This document shows positions 23,604 to 35,270 of a stretch of 53,864 nucleotides of DNA, one piece after another. Position 1 is the first letter of the stretch; each line of letters begins with the position of its first letter. Location: the NCBI GenBank assembly GCA_020536535.1, contig JAHLWZ010000899.1:1-53864 (forward strand), given 5' to 3'. The stretch comes from Pelomyxa schiedti (taxonomy: Eukaryota > Protista > Evosea). Position numbers and translations under genes: made by a program. Under the pieces are notes generated by a model. That model saw nothing but the letters and a program-made list of their open reading frames with translations. It did no database searches and had not been told where the DNA came from.

Positions 23604-25555
23604 TTACTGGTTCTTGCACTCTTGCTGTTGAGCATTCGCGGCTCCTCCTGTGTTTCCTCCAGAACCGGAAGGTGAGAATGCGGGCGCAGCCTGAATTGGG
23701 AGTAAGTAAAATGATGGAACAGATAATGGGATAGCGTTGCTTTCGTGTATGGATTGCAAAAGCGAGTGGTGTTGAGACCAGAAAAGAAAAGAAAAGAAAA
23801 ACAAGAAGAGAGAATTGAATGAATTATATTTTGGAGTATATGTGGCTTTATTTTGTGTTTATTTGTATTTGTGTTTAGGGTGTCAAAATACTGTTGGCAG
23901 GCTGCCCTTTCCTCTGCCTTCACCTCTTCCGCCACGGCTTCCCCTTCCGCCCCTGCCTCTTGGTGCGGGCTTCTCCTCTTCCTCCTCCTCGTCATCATCG
24001 TCATCGTCGTCATCATCATCGTCATCATCGTCATCATCATCGTCTTCATCATCATCGTCATCGAAGTCCTGGTACGAAGTCATTTAGATAAAACCGCACG
24101 GTGATGGAGGTATGTTAGGATACATACAAAGTCATCCTCTTCATCCTCAAGTGCCTCGCCCGTGTACCACTTGATGGCGTCAGCACACAGTTTCTGCTTG
24201 AATTCCATGCCAACTTCGAAGTCAGTTTCGAATTCGGTTCTCAGTTCCTCTTCCTGTAGGAGCATAAGGTGTGTCAACCGAATGAAGAGAGCTTGCCTCC
24301 TCTTCGTCCATATCCTCAAGATTCTCTGGAATGACTGGTGGGGTGAAGAATTTGAAGAATGAAGGGACTGGTTCCTCCACAACCTTGGTGGCAGCTGCCT
24401 TACCACCTCTGCCGCCTCTCTTTCTATTTTTAGATAAGTGTGGACTTAAAGGAGTTTAACTCCGCACCCTCCACGTTTTGGAGCTACTTGCTTGCGAACT
24501 TTGCGCACTGTGAGGTTCTGATCGGCCTTCCAATGAACAGTGCATCTAAGGAAGAGTCAGAATTCCATTGTATTCTAGTCTTGGGTAACTGACCCTTCGG
24601 CTTGATCGAAAGTGATGGAACCACTGTTATCTTCGAGCAAAAGATATGTCTTGGTGAGGACTGGGTCGCTGAAGAATGGGTTTTCGGCAAACTCGAAATG
24701 GAGCTTGAAACCAGTCTGGATGGCGGTGATTTTATTCTTGGTGACTGATGTTCGTGGAAGGAGCTCAATTCGGACGTTCATGAGGAAGGAAAGGGCCTCG
24801 TTGTCCTTCTCGCTAAGTTCGGTCAACTCGGTAACAGTCTTTGAGTTATTGATGACTTGCTTCCAGAACCCGGGAATGCCCTTGGCAGCTAGATGAAAAA
24901 GTCAATAAACAAAGGGGAAAAAAAGAGGGGAAATACGCTCAGCGGGTGTCTCCGCAGTAGTAGTAGAAGGGACGAAGCCCTCGCATTCCTCGGGAGCGGG
25001 TTCAGCAACACCAGTTACAATTGCGGTGCGCTAAAAGTATGGAGGTGATTCCACAAGCTTTCGTACAAAGAACAAAAATACCTTCTCGTAGAGTGGGGTG
25101 TGAAGAGCAAAGTACTTTCGCTCCAAAAGGTCAATTTCTTCCTGCATTCTGGCCTCGAGAATTGCGTGTTGTTTCTGCAGGTTTTGAAGGGCAAACACTC
25201 GGCGTTGCACTGGGGCAGCAAGTGACTGAACGAACATTTCTGCTGGCTAAAAGCAAGAAGAAAAGGAAAAAAAGGGAATTAAAAACCGAGAAAGTGACCA
25301 CACCAAAGAAAAAGAAAGAATGCACACTGTTGGTTCTGCAGATTCCTCGGCAGCTGTCTTAAGCGCCTCAGTTACGGCTGCAAGCTCGATCGTCTCTGCA
25401 TAACCACATTACCAACTAACTAGGAACACACAAAAAAAAGGAAAATAAAAACACTGCAACGTGCGTATCGGGAACAACGCCGTAAACCGTACGAACACAA
25501 CGTAAAAAATGCAACGCCGCGAAAATGCAATACCTTTTGGTGCTGTTCCGGACAT
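23604..25555 (-). CDS. NAP1: Nucleosome assembly protein 1 (NAP1/SET family histone chaperone)
   Basis: VQRRVFALQNLQ...LERKYFALHTPLYEK, GIPGFWKQ, FKLHFEFAENPFFSDPVLTKTY, SFFKFFTP, DFEVGMEFKQKLCADAIKWYTGEA. An acidic D/E tract and RGG stretch follow. The last exon ends QQQECKNQ* (CaaX-like). Confidence 0.93.
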
Positions 25556-25862
25556 GGTGTTGTTCCCGAGTTTTTTGGTTGTTGCGGCCACAAGGAGCTA
25601 TGGGTTTGTTGAATAAAAAGAATAGAAAGTTTAATCGAATTATTTATACTTTAATTTAAAATTGTGACGTAGTCAACTGATTGGAGATGATAAAAAAAAA
25701 ATTGCTTTCGCTTTCGCGGTGGAGAAAAATCGGGCATGATAAAGTGATCCAAAAAATCCATTGCTCTGATAGGAGAGTGGAATAGGTGATGTGTAGGTGG
25801 TTGATTATTGGGGTGGTGTATAATGTAGTGTATGGCTCGATTAGTATTGGTAGCAGTAGGTC

Positions 25863-27092
25863 TCATACATGGCGGTTGAGGTTGAGTGAGTGCACAATGG
25901 AGTCGTAGGGGTGAGGAGGGAGTGTGGTGTAGTCGTCTGTGTCTTCCCAGTTGCAGTTGGTACTGCAGGCACAGGCCTCTATTGAGGAAACAGATACGGG
26001 GGTGAGAGGCGATGTTACAGTTGTGGGGAACCAGTCCTCGAAGAATGGGGACATGGAATGCACAAGCAACTCGTCGTGGTTGGGATTTGCTGCTGCCGTA
26101 TTTGGAGATGTGGATGTTTCATGTGTCGGTGAGTGCGGTGTGTTAGTGTTGGTAGACGTTGTTTTGAGGGTAAAACGGGTAGATGTGGGCTCTTCATCAA
26201 AAATTGGGTCGTAAACCTCACACTCCAGGGGGTCGGTGATGTTGTCAGGGCTTGGTGACCTCTCTGTCGGTGTGGATGGAGACCGCGGGGAGTCCATTGG
26301 TGTGGTGGGTGAGGGTGTGCATGTAGATTCGCAAAACGGTGTCAAGTCGTAATCAATGTCATGCGGAGAGATTGCGGATTGTGATAGTTCACAATCTTCT
26401 TTGAATGGAGGGGATGGTGATTCAGAGCGCTTGCAATGTGATTTTCTTGGTGCTGGTGGTAGTGTTTTATTTTGTTCCTTTCTCCATCTCAGGCCACATG
26501 CATTGCATAAGCTAAACAATAATGTCAATACAATTACAGGACTTTTTAAAACTTACGTGCTGTAACCTGCAGGCCCAGACCTAATGCACCGGGAAGCGTA
26601 ATTGAGTGAAAGAAAAAAAAAGAAAATAAACATACCTCCATTCCGGAGTCTCCCTTGTGCCACAATTTACACATCTAAAAACCGAGTAAGTTAAAATACA
26701 AGTAGGTGCCGGGATGTTGAGGGGAAAAGCCACGCACGGTGGATGAGCCAATGGATCACCTCGATTAATATCCTCACTATGAATTACATTTTTGCGACCG
26801 ACAGAATGCTGATTTTGTTTGTGATTCTTGTGGCCACTTGTATGTCTTGTACTGTGTCCTGCAAAAACAATTAATTTCATACCATACAAGTGAAAGGCAA
26901 TGTGTGCTGTTTAAGAGTGGAATAGGAAAGAGGAAAAAAAAAAGAATAAAGGGGAGATTTGGGAGTACTTTTGCTCCTCATTTCTTTCAAAAAAAAATGA
27001 GAAGTAAGGAGCAAAGAAAATAAAGACAAGCACGGAGGGAAGTGACTGCTTTTTAAAATTGTCACAACAGGGCATTGCTGTCCACTTGTCAT
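25863..27092 (-). CDS. GATA-type zinc-finger transcription factor
   Basis: Spliced finger CVNCGTRETPEWR|SGPAGYST|LCNACGLRWRK, followed by a Ser/Pro/Thr-rich tail. The 5' end is uncertain (at least to ~26860). Confidence 0.88.
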
Positions 27093-27330
27093 TACGCCAG
27101 GGCACCACCGCTGACCATAATTTTTTTTCCCTGTGTGTGTTGGTTGTTTGTTTTTTTTAATTTGTTATTTTTCCTTTTTGATTTTGACAATCACACAGTT
27201 CACCGGGCGCCTCTTTCGATAGATTAGAATTTTTGATTTTCCTTTACTGATCAAAATTCACAAAAGAGGAAAACTTTCCTCAGAGCTCTGTACTGTGCCC
27301 TTGGTGCTATTGCATGTAGTTCTATTTCTA

Positions 27331-30300
27331 TTAAGTCCTGAGGAGCGAAAAAACTGCTTTGGTAATTAACTCTGAGGCCTGTGGTGCCTCAATTCCTCCC
27401 TGTTGGGGTTGCATAAGTCCACAATTAACATTAAACATGTGGGACTTACATTTGGATAGATGTTGGCAATAACGATGTACTTGAACTTTCCATTGGGCAA
27501 GGCGAGAGCAAGGTCTTTGGCCGAGTAAGCCAAAAGTTGAGGAGGAAAATTATGGGAAGTGGGGTACATGCACTCATGCTCCTTGATGATTCTAATGATC
27601 CCCCAGGACGCTCTCCTATCAGTGAAATAGTCACTCTTGATTTCACAATAGAGGCCACATCTTCCACTAATTTCACTCTGCCATAACGGGAAACTATGTG
27701 AGTTCCAACACTACATTTCCTTGTGCAGAGAGGGTCGTCTGTAAGTGCCGAGTTTTTCAGAATTTTCTCCAGTAGTGGAAGCAAAACAGGAATGTTGTGA
27801 TGAATGGCTTCCGCACTAAGTCCATCTGATATCTGGGTTGTTTTTTTGAATGAATGTCACTAATTGAATGTGGTAGTATCGAATTACAATTATTTGAACA
27901 TCATTATTTTCAGCAGAAAGGGATGATCTGGACTCTGCAGACAATGTAGCACCAGAGGCTGGATCTGATAGATGTGCACTCTTATTTGGAGCTGTTGTGA
28001 AGAGGAGCCTGTACTTAATATCACGAAGTATGCCAAGGTCTAGCTCTGTATGCACAACAGACCGTGACCCTTTAAGGCACATTAAGTTTATTTTGTGAAA
28101 GTTTGGCACTCACAAGCTTCATTAGCTCTCACGGCTAACGCAATGTCGTTTGTCGGACGAGGTCCAGCATGCTGGATTTAATGAGAGAAAGTTAAAAGGG
28201 AAAGCTACCGTAAAGCCGTAGTTCCTACTCAAGTGGGTGAGAAGCTCAGTCAACTCGGCTTTGCTCTTACAAAACAGTTCTGGGTTTCCCCATGCATCAC
28301 CTCTTTCAAGTTCTCCGTTCTGAGCTTGTAAGAGCCAGATTGGGTGCGTGAGCCTACCTCATTTCTACGAAAGATTCCTCTCTTTTCCGCCCACAAACAG
28401 AATTCGGGAGCTGGGGAAAGGCCATGCACTTCCCTCATTGTCTGGTCATCATGTCCTGAAACATCAAAGTAAGCCAGCATGCGGTCACATCCTAAAAACT
28501 GGGCTATATTATTGTGGGCAGACATTGGCAGATACATACTACATCCATGTAGTAATTAGCCCCCGCAGAAGCAAGGAGTTGGGCAGCCATTTGTTGGCCT
28601 TCGCGCGTAATTCCAGCATGCATTGTGAAGCACGGGGCCATACCCATTGGTAATCCTATGACCTTTCCACAAAACAGGTCTTGCAGGCAAGACATCTGTA
28701 TGACGAGTTAAAATCCGGAGATCGCATGCCATGTACCGACACACTATAAGCTGATGATTATCTGCGTGCGTTTCTGGACCTATGAATCCTGTCACATTGT
28801 TTACCATGAATGGGTGGTATCTTCTTGCTAAGCCATAGGCCAGAGCCTCACATGTTGCCATATCAATACCGTTATGGGCACCATAGCTATAGGAATTATT
28901 AATTTTGACACTATCGTCACTTTTGTTATTAGATATACCTGACTGAGCTTCCTTGGCCCGTTTCGAAGTACATGAAATTCCTTGCTTCTTTTCGCAGGGG
29001 ACCCGTTTCTTTCATGGCATTGTATGCTTGATCTGATAAATGCAAGATTGGTTTAATCTTTCAAACAATACACCAACCTAACAAATCCACAGAGATATTG
29101 AACTCGTTGACATTGGTACGATCCGTTCCTGCGAGACTTTGAAACATTATTTCTACTGGGTATCCCTCTTGAAGGCACTGTAATTGTGTCCTTATGTGCC
29201 CCAGGACACATATCTGGAAGCAGAAAGCAAGTAAGGTAACAGAAACACTGTAAGGAATTTACTTGTGTTGGCACTTGGTGCTCCTTTCTAATAGAATCCA
29301 GTGTTCTAAGAATTTTTCCGATGTTGTCAACGGTATCTATAGAGGGATTCACACCCAGCATGCAATCTCCCATTCTTCTTAATGTAAGAATACATTACCA
29401 TTCATAAGCTGTAATGTACCCCATTGACAGCCCCATTAGAGTCAATAGCCTTCATGTTGCATTAGAGATTGCGTTGGGGTTCCTATTACCTTACTTTATT
29501 CCATCCAAGTCATCTGTTTGGTGATTCGGCTGAAGCCTGGAAGACAATGTTCCCCGGGTTCCAATGCATGTTCTGGCCTAGTATGTTTTTTCTTAAATTT
29601 TTTTTTTGTTGCGGAGGCATTTACTTTTGTTGGAAATTTTAACTTCTTGGAGATATAGATTAGTTCATGGACATCCATAAGTTTGGATAGTGCTGCAACA
29701 ATCACGCCTGTGCACCCTTTTCCGATCTCGAGGATCTGGAACTGCTTACATCACCGTTAAAAATCCTTAGAGATACCTCAGTTCCAGAACTCGATAGCAT
29801 CAGATCTTTCAACTGACCCATAGTGAGATGACGGAATTTATTGAAGGAGTCGATGTCGATGTCATAATTGACCCGCATCACTGTGTCTATTTGCCTGTAA
29901 TAAGGTAAGGCATTTTGTGCCATATTCCAAGTAGGTATATCTCGCAAACCCATTAATATCACGCAGAGGATGTGCCCAGAGATGTTCCACCTCCAGGCCA
30001 CTGAGTGCAGTGCGTGCGGCCTCTCGCAAAAGCTCGTCTCTCTGACAAATAGGCCCAGTGCTGCTCGTTGTGGTAGTCAGCTTATCTCCGCTCTTCGACA
30101 CATCAGCAGCTGTAAGAAGTTCCGTAAGCCCATTAAACGTGTAACTTCGATTCTAAACTGAGCCATTAGTTGCCGGGGATGACTCCTCGTTGATTACCAT
30201 TAATGACACCCTATAGGTAGTGCAAGGCGACGCGATCCCAGCCTCCTCCGCAATCCCACAAGCCTCACACCGCGGGGGCAAGCAAATCGAATCGAAGGGC

Positions 30301-30524
30301 CTGAGACTCTGGGAGGGAATGGAACTACAGCACGGCATGCACGAAACCACCCTGCGGCGTGCCTGTTGCTGCACTCGTGTTCCTGTCATGTGACTGAGCG
30401 AAGGAGTTCCCGTTCCCTTTTGGACACCAGACTCATTTCCCTCCAGCAATATCTCTTGCGAGGAGCAACTGTTGCGGAACTGGCTTTCAAGCTCAAAGGT
30501 TGTTCCCTGCGCCCTCCTCATCAT
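27331..30524 (-). CDS. eutBC: Ethanolamine ammonia-lyase-family protein, fused heavy (EutB) + light (EutC) chain, adenosylcobalamin-dependent
   Basis: Spliced EutB motifs: YTFNGLTELLTAADVSKSGD, SSRLQPNHQTDD, GDCMLGVNP, FQSLAGT, MYFETGQGS, VNNVTGFIGPE, DRMLAY, PAPEF. These run on without a stop into EutC motifs: HLSDPASGATLS, DVQIIV|ISDGLSAEAI, RYGRVKL, LIGERPG, SMSAY, IANIY. More than 10 short introns. The exact 3' end and start Met are uncertain. Confidence 0.92.
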
Positions 30525-30977
30525 CGTAAAAAGTGTTCCTTTTTGTGCAACGTCGACAAAAAAACCTACTCGGTTCAGGAGACAAGCCCCCGAAGATTAT
30601 TCCCCGAATGGAAACTCCGTCCACATTTGACATCTCTTGATGTCAACGCTTCCACAGAGCAGTCAAAGGAACAAAGAGGAGAAGGTAACAACCACGACCA
30701 AACCAATGCCGTATTTTTGCCCTTCATTGTGGGCCACTTCCGCGAGTTGTAAGTAGACGGAATCCCCGGGATTCTGCCGGGTTTTCGCTTGCTGATGCTG
30801 GAATTTGGCCTTGCGGTAATTTCTCTGAGTTCCTGGAAATCTATTTACATAAATGCCCTTTTTAATTCCCGATAATTAATTCAATCACAATTGTGTTTTT
30901 TCAAGGGAAAAAAAAGTAAATAATCAAAACAAACAAACAAAACCCCCAACCAACCCAACCGATCTCCTGCTTCAGAC

Positions 30978-31559
30978 ATGGACTTGTTAGAGAAAATCGC
31001 CAACGCCATTGAACCCCAAGACAAGTGGAACAACAAGTTCTGCGGTTGCTTGAGCGACCCAGTTTCATGTACGCCATTTTTTTTTCTTCGTGTCTACGGC
31101 TTGCGATCGTAACGCGTTACAACATTTTTTATTTTTGTTTTTGCACTCTTTGTAACGCTTCTTTAGGCCTTATTTCATGGTGTATTCCTTGCGTACAGTA
31201 CGGTATGAATGCTGAGAAGCACGGAGAGGGAATCGTTGGTAACAGGTAACTCCTTCGACTTTTAAGGAAAGATTAATTTACGTATTTATAACGTCTTTTT
31301 CTTACCACACCCTTAGCATGATTGTCAATGCTGCTGTTTGGTGCCTTCTTGGCATGTGCGGCCTTTCCTTCTGGCCAACATGCCAGCAGAGACAATCCAT
31401 CCGAAACAAGTACAACATCGATGTATGCTCCCTCCCTCTTTGCGATTCCTTGCCGGTACTTACTGGCAACAGGGTACCCCTGTCGGTGACTGCATTCTCT
31501 CCTGGTGCTGTGGCTGCTGCGCCCTTTCCCAGGCCCACAGAGAACTCCACAGCCGGTAA
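30978..31559 (+). CDS. PLAC8/cornifelin-family cysteine-rich protein
   Basis: WNNKFCGCLSDPVS|CLISWCIPCVQYGMNAEK...QRQSIRNKYNID|GTPVGDCILSWCCGCCALSQAHREL. Confidence 0.9.
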
Positions 31560-31710
31560 ACCCTTGCCGGTTCGACTTCTCTGCTGTACGCCTTGCTATT
31601 TTTCAACAAACTTTTTTTTGGAGTTCCATGAGCCCTTGTGTAAAAGAGCAGAGTTTTTAAACACACTTTTTTATTCTTTCTCGGGGGATTCAAATTTGTT
31701 TTCTTAAACA

Positions 31711-34700
31711 ATGTCGTACGTACGAGGTTCGGTGGCCGAAGACAACACAGAGAACCAACAGCAAGACGATGCAGGTGCCGACGAAGACGAAGACACCGAC
31801 GTCGAGTTTCTCACGCAGCCCGACTCTTCGTCGTCCACGCCGCCGTCCACCCCTGCTTCAAAATGCGCGGCGGCTGCACACGCGCCCACGCCGCCGTCGT
31901 TTCGCAAGCGGGAGTACATAGATCTCAGCATCAGCCCCGCCAAACCTAGGCGAAAATCAACTCTCGTTACTGCCACCACTACCACTACCACCAGCTCCAA
32001 CAGCAACAGCGGCCACTGCACACCTCGCCACCCACTACAACAGCAACAGCAACAACAAAACAGCACCAGCAGCGGCGTGTCTCGTCTTCTTCATCGCCAT
32101 GATCAAAGGAAGAAGCTGGAGCAGGAGCGGCAGCAACAAAAGCCAAAGCGGGGGGATGTCGCTGCGGCTAAAAATGCCGCCGGCGGCACTATTGTGGGAC
32201 GAGGCAAGGAAAAGGGGCACACGGCGCAGAGCCAGCCGTCGCCGAGGCAGGAAAAGCATGTGAAAAGACTGGCGCGCGCGACCAAGTTGGATCCTGGCGA
32301 AACATGTTCGTGCAGTTGTACACTTTGTCACTTTTCTTCATGTGTGTCTTGCTGGGAAACTAATGCGAAATATCATCACAGGCACTGACGGTCCAAATGT
32401 AGCAACAGGACACACTCCAAAGGTTACACATTCTGCCCACGAGAAAGGAATATCTGTCTCTGACACCAAAACTGTTATATCCTCCGACGTGGACCTAAGT
32501 TGGCTGGAGGCAGCGCAATTAGCCTCGCCACACAATCGGCATTCTCCAACGCGTGAACAAAACGCCGGAGATCAAGACTTTCATATCCAAAAACAAGATG
32601 ACCTAGTCAAAACGCACTCCGTTGATGTGATATCACAACATGTAGCGGACAGTAATCGGTGCATTCCCGAGTGTTCTACCTTGGATGCCGATACCACACT
32701 CGTTGATGCTCCACCAGCCGGCGTTACTTTGTCATCACCCAAGATATCTCAGACTGATTTGGGGAAATCTCAATCATTTGACTGCTCTTCACAATTAAGT
32801 CAAAAGGACACCCAACTAGATGGCTCTGAGTGTTCAGTACAAGCGATTGATAGAGTGACTCACGAACATAAATCTGCTCCAATGGATCCCCCTGTAACTG
32901 ATTTGAACTTGGTATCAAGTTGCCAAAAGGATGCACAGCTGGAACATTCTTGCTCCCAGAATCATGAGCATTCAACCCACGCATCACAGACCCCACCAGG
33001 TACAATCGTCAAACAAACTGAATGTCGTAATGGTGACACTTCTCAACAAACACCAGACTCCAAGCCCACATCAGAGACTGCACATACTTCAAACTTTCCG
33101 GATGCAATGCCGGGAACTAAAGTTACTGCTAGTGAAGAGAGCACTACCAACACCAACGACGGGAACGCAAACATTGAATCTGTGAAGACTTTAACAGATT
33201 GTGACACCGGTGGAACCTACATAAACAGTGCATTATGCCCGGTTTGTCAAATCAACCTATCAGTATTCGATGAAGCAGTATGATTAGAATACCGTACGTA
33301 CTTGATTTTAACATATGTCGAATTACAGGCAAGAGATCATCATGTAAATGCCTGTTTGGATGGGAAACCTGCATCCCAGAAGAAGTTTGAAAATTCTCCC
33401 CTCTCTTTTTTTTTTTTTTGATTCTGTTCCAGTATGACAGCACCTGAAAGTACAACCAGTGAGGATGATGTATTTGATAAACCATCACTGACCGCTCTTG
33501 GGCCCAAGGTAGACAAGAAATTTCAAAACGAGATTTCAATGAACTATGAACATTCAGTCCAATGTATCCGATATCAGTGCGCCTGTGGAACAACCAAGTG
33601 ATATTCTACATGGAGTTTACACTTGCCCTTGGTGTGGAAAAGATCTCGCTACGAAAGATTTTAAATCCCGATTTCAACACACAAAAGCATGTGCAAAGAA
33701 GTTCAAGATTACCACACATGACACCCGGAGGTACTTAAAAAATACTTATGGTTTCTTATATTGAACCAAGCCATTCTACAACATCCACAAATGCTACAGC
33801 TGTGCCAGTATCCAAGGCCAAGCCAAAAACTACTAAACCGAGAGCACCCTCATATAAAAAGAGAAGGGTATATCTATTTGAGGAAGTACGAGCTCAAATG
33901 AAACACAGAAAGGTGGAATTGATTATTCACTGTTACAACCAAATTCTACTGAGCAAGAGCGCTTGATGCTCGCTGTAGCCATTTCCGAATCAGAATCGCG
34001 GCAACAAAATCAGTTATTATCCAATCCAAATAACAAAGTTTCATCTGGCTGTGAGACATCACCAACCTCAGCAATGGCTAAAATTGTTATTGGCCCGGCC
34101 AAGGTAATGACTGATGCGCCCAACTCCGAAAATCAAGGGTCTGACGAAGAGGACCCACCCCCAACACCAAAACTTCCTGAAAGTATTCTAGCCAAGTCAA
34201 TGGCACCCCAGGTAAACACTTTTCAATTGTGTACTCTGGTAACGGTACATTACAGACAGGACTTTCAATGTGGGCGTTATCTGCTGGTGACTCTTCCATA
34301 CTCGATAAGGTTAACCTGGATGTTTTGCCTCCTGATTCACAACCCAAACGACCCACAGTGCACAAAAAAGTTAAAGTAGCCAGTCCTGTGAAAACACCAA
34401 AGAATCCGAGCGTGAATGCATGTTGTACACCCGCTGATGAAAAAACCGCCACTAAGAAAGATAAAACATCCCACCTTTCAGGGCCTTCTGCCTCTGACTC
34501 TGAGCCAGAGGAAGATATAAATGCTCATGCACCATTACCTTCCGATGTCGGTGCAAGCAAGACAGCACCCTTGCTCATCCACCCCTCTGATGCTGTCTGC
34601 TTGCCCCCAGAAGTCACTTCGAAGGAAGACACACATACAAAGCAGCCTAGTACTCCAGAAGAGTTGCACAATTCCGTGTCATCACCGCTCAGTGTACAGG

Positions 34701-35237
34701 ATTCTAAAGAAGTACCCAAAGAGGATGTTCGGAAGCAACCAGAACACATGCAAGCACCGTGTCCCGAGCCTCAGCAGGGGCCACAACAGAAGCTGCTGCC
34801 ACAACTACAAGTTCAACCACAACAACAGGAGCAACCGCAACCGCAACTTCCACCACCACAAAACCAACAACAACTTCAACCAGAAATGCAACTAAAACTA
34901 CAACTACAACAACCCCAACAACCAGGTTCAAGACCGCAAACAAAGGAACCTGCTTTGGAAGACTCTGATATCAGTGGTTAACATAGCCCTGAAGGTGATC
35001 CAATAGCTAATATTTCCAAAGAACAAATCCAGAAGATAAAGGAGGATTACTTCAAGGCCTGTGCGGAGAAAGCAATTGAACTGGAGTCGTGTATCTCCCA
35101 CCTGAGATATGCCTTCAATCAACAGGTACCTTAACCATCCCTAAAAGCCGCAACCTAACAAATTTCCCAAATAATAGATACAACAACTCACAGTGGAGAA
35201 AGACACCAAAATAAAACTACTCCAAAAGAAACTGTGA
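31711..35237 (+). CDS. SLX4-like N-terminal module protein (tandem UBZ zinc fingers + MLR-like helix), long disordered regions, C-terminal coiled coil
   Basis: CPVCQINLSVFDEA|ARDHHVNACLDG, then CPWCGKDLATKDFKSRFQHTKACAK, then LMLAVAISESE. This order matches UBZ1-UBZ2-MLR of SLX4. Stop TGA at 35235-35237. Confidence 0.65.
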
Positions 35238-35270
35238 ACACACTGCCCGTCATTGTATTCAACGCGCTGA

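Noticed and set aside
23815-24104. Poly-Ser, poly-His and hydrophobic plus-strand ORFs
   Set aside because: Antisense of the NAP1 Asp/Glu (GAT/GAC) tract.
27331-30524. Bacterial contamination or endosymbiont insert explaining eutBC
   Set aside because: The gene is split by many short GT-AG introns like those of its neighbours and is flanked by eukaryote-specific genes.
30525-30970. Cobalamin riboswitch upstream of eutBC
   Set aside because: No recognisable B12-box or conserved core (GGGAA…GCCACTG…GGGAAG) by eye on the coding strand. An Rfam scan would be needed to exclude it fully.
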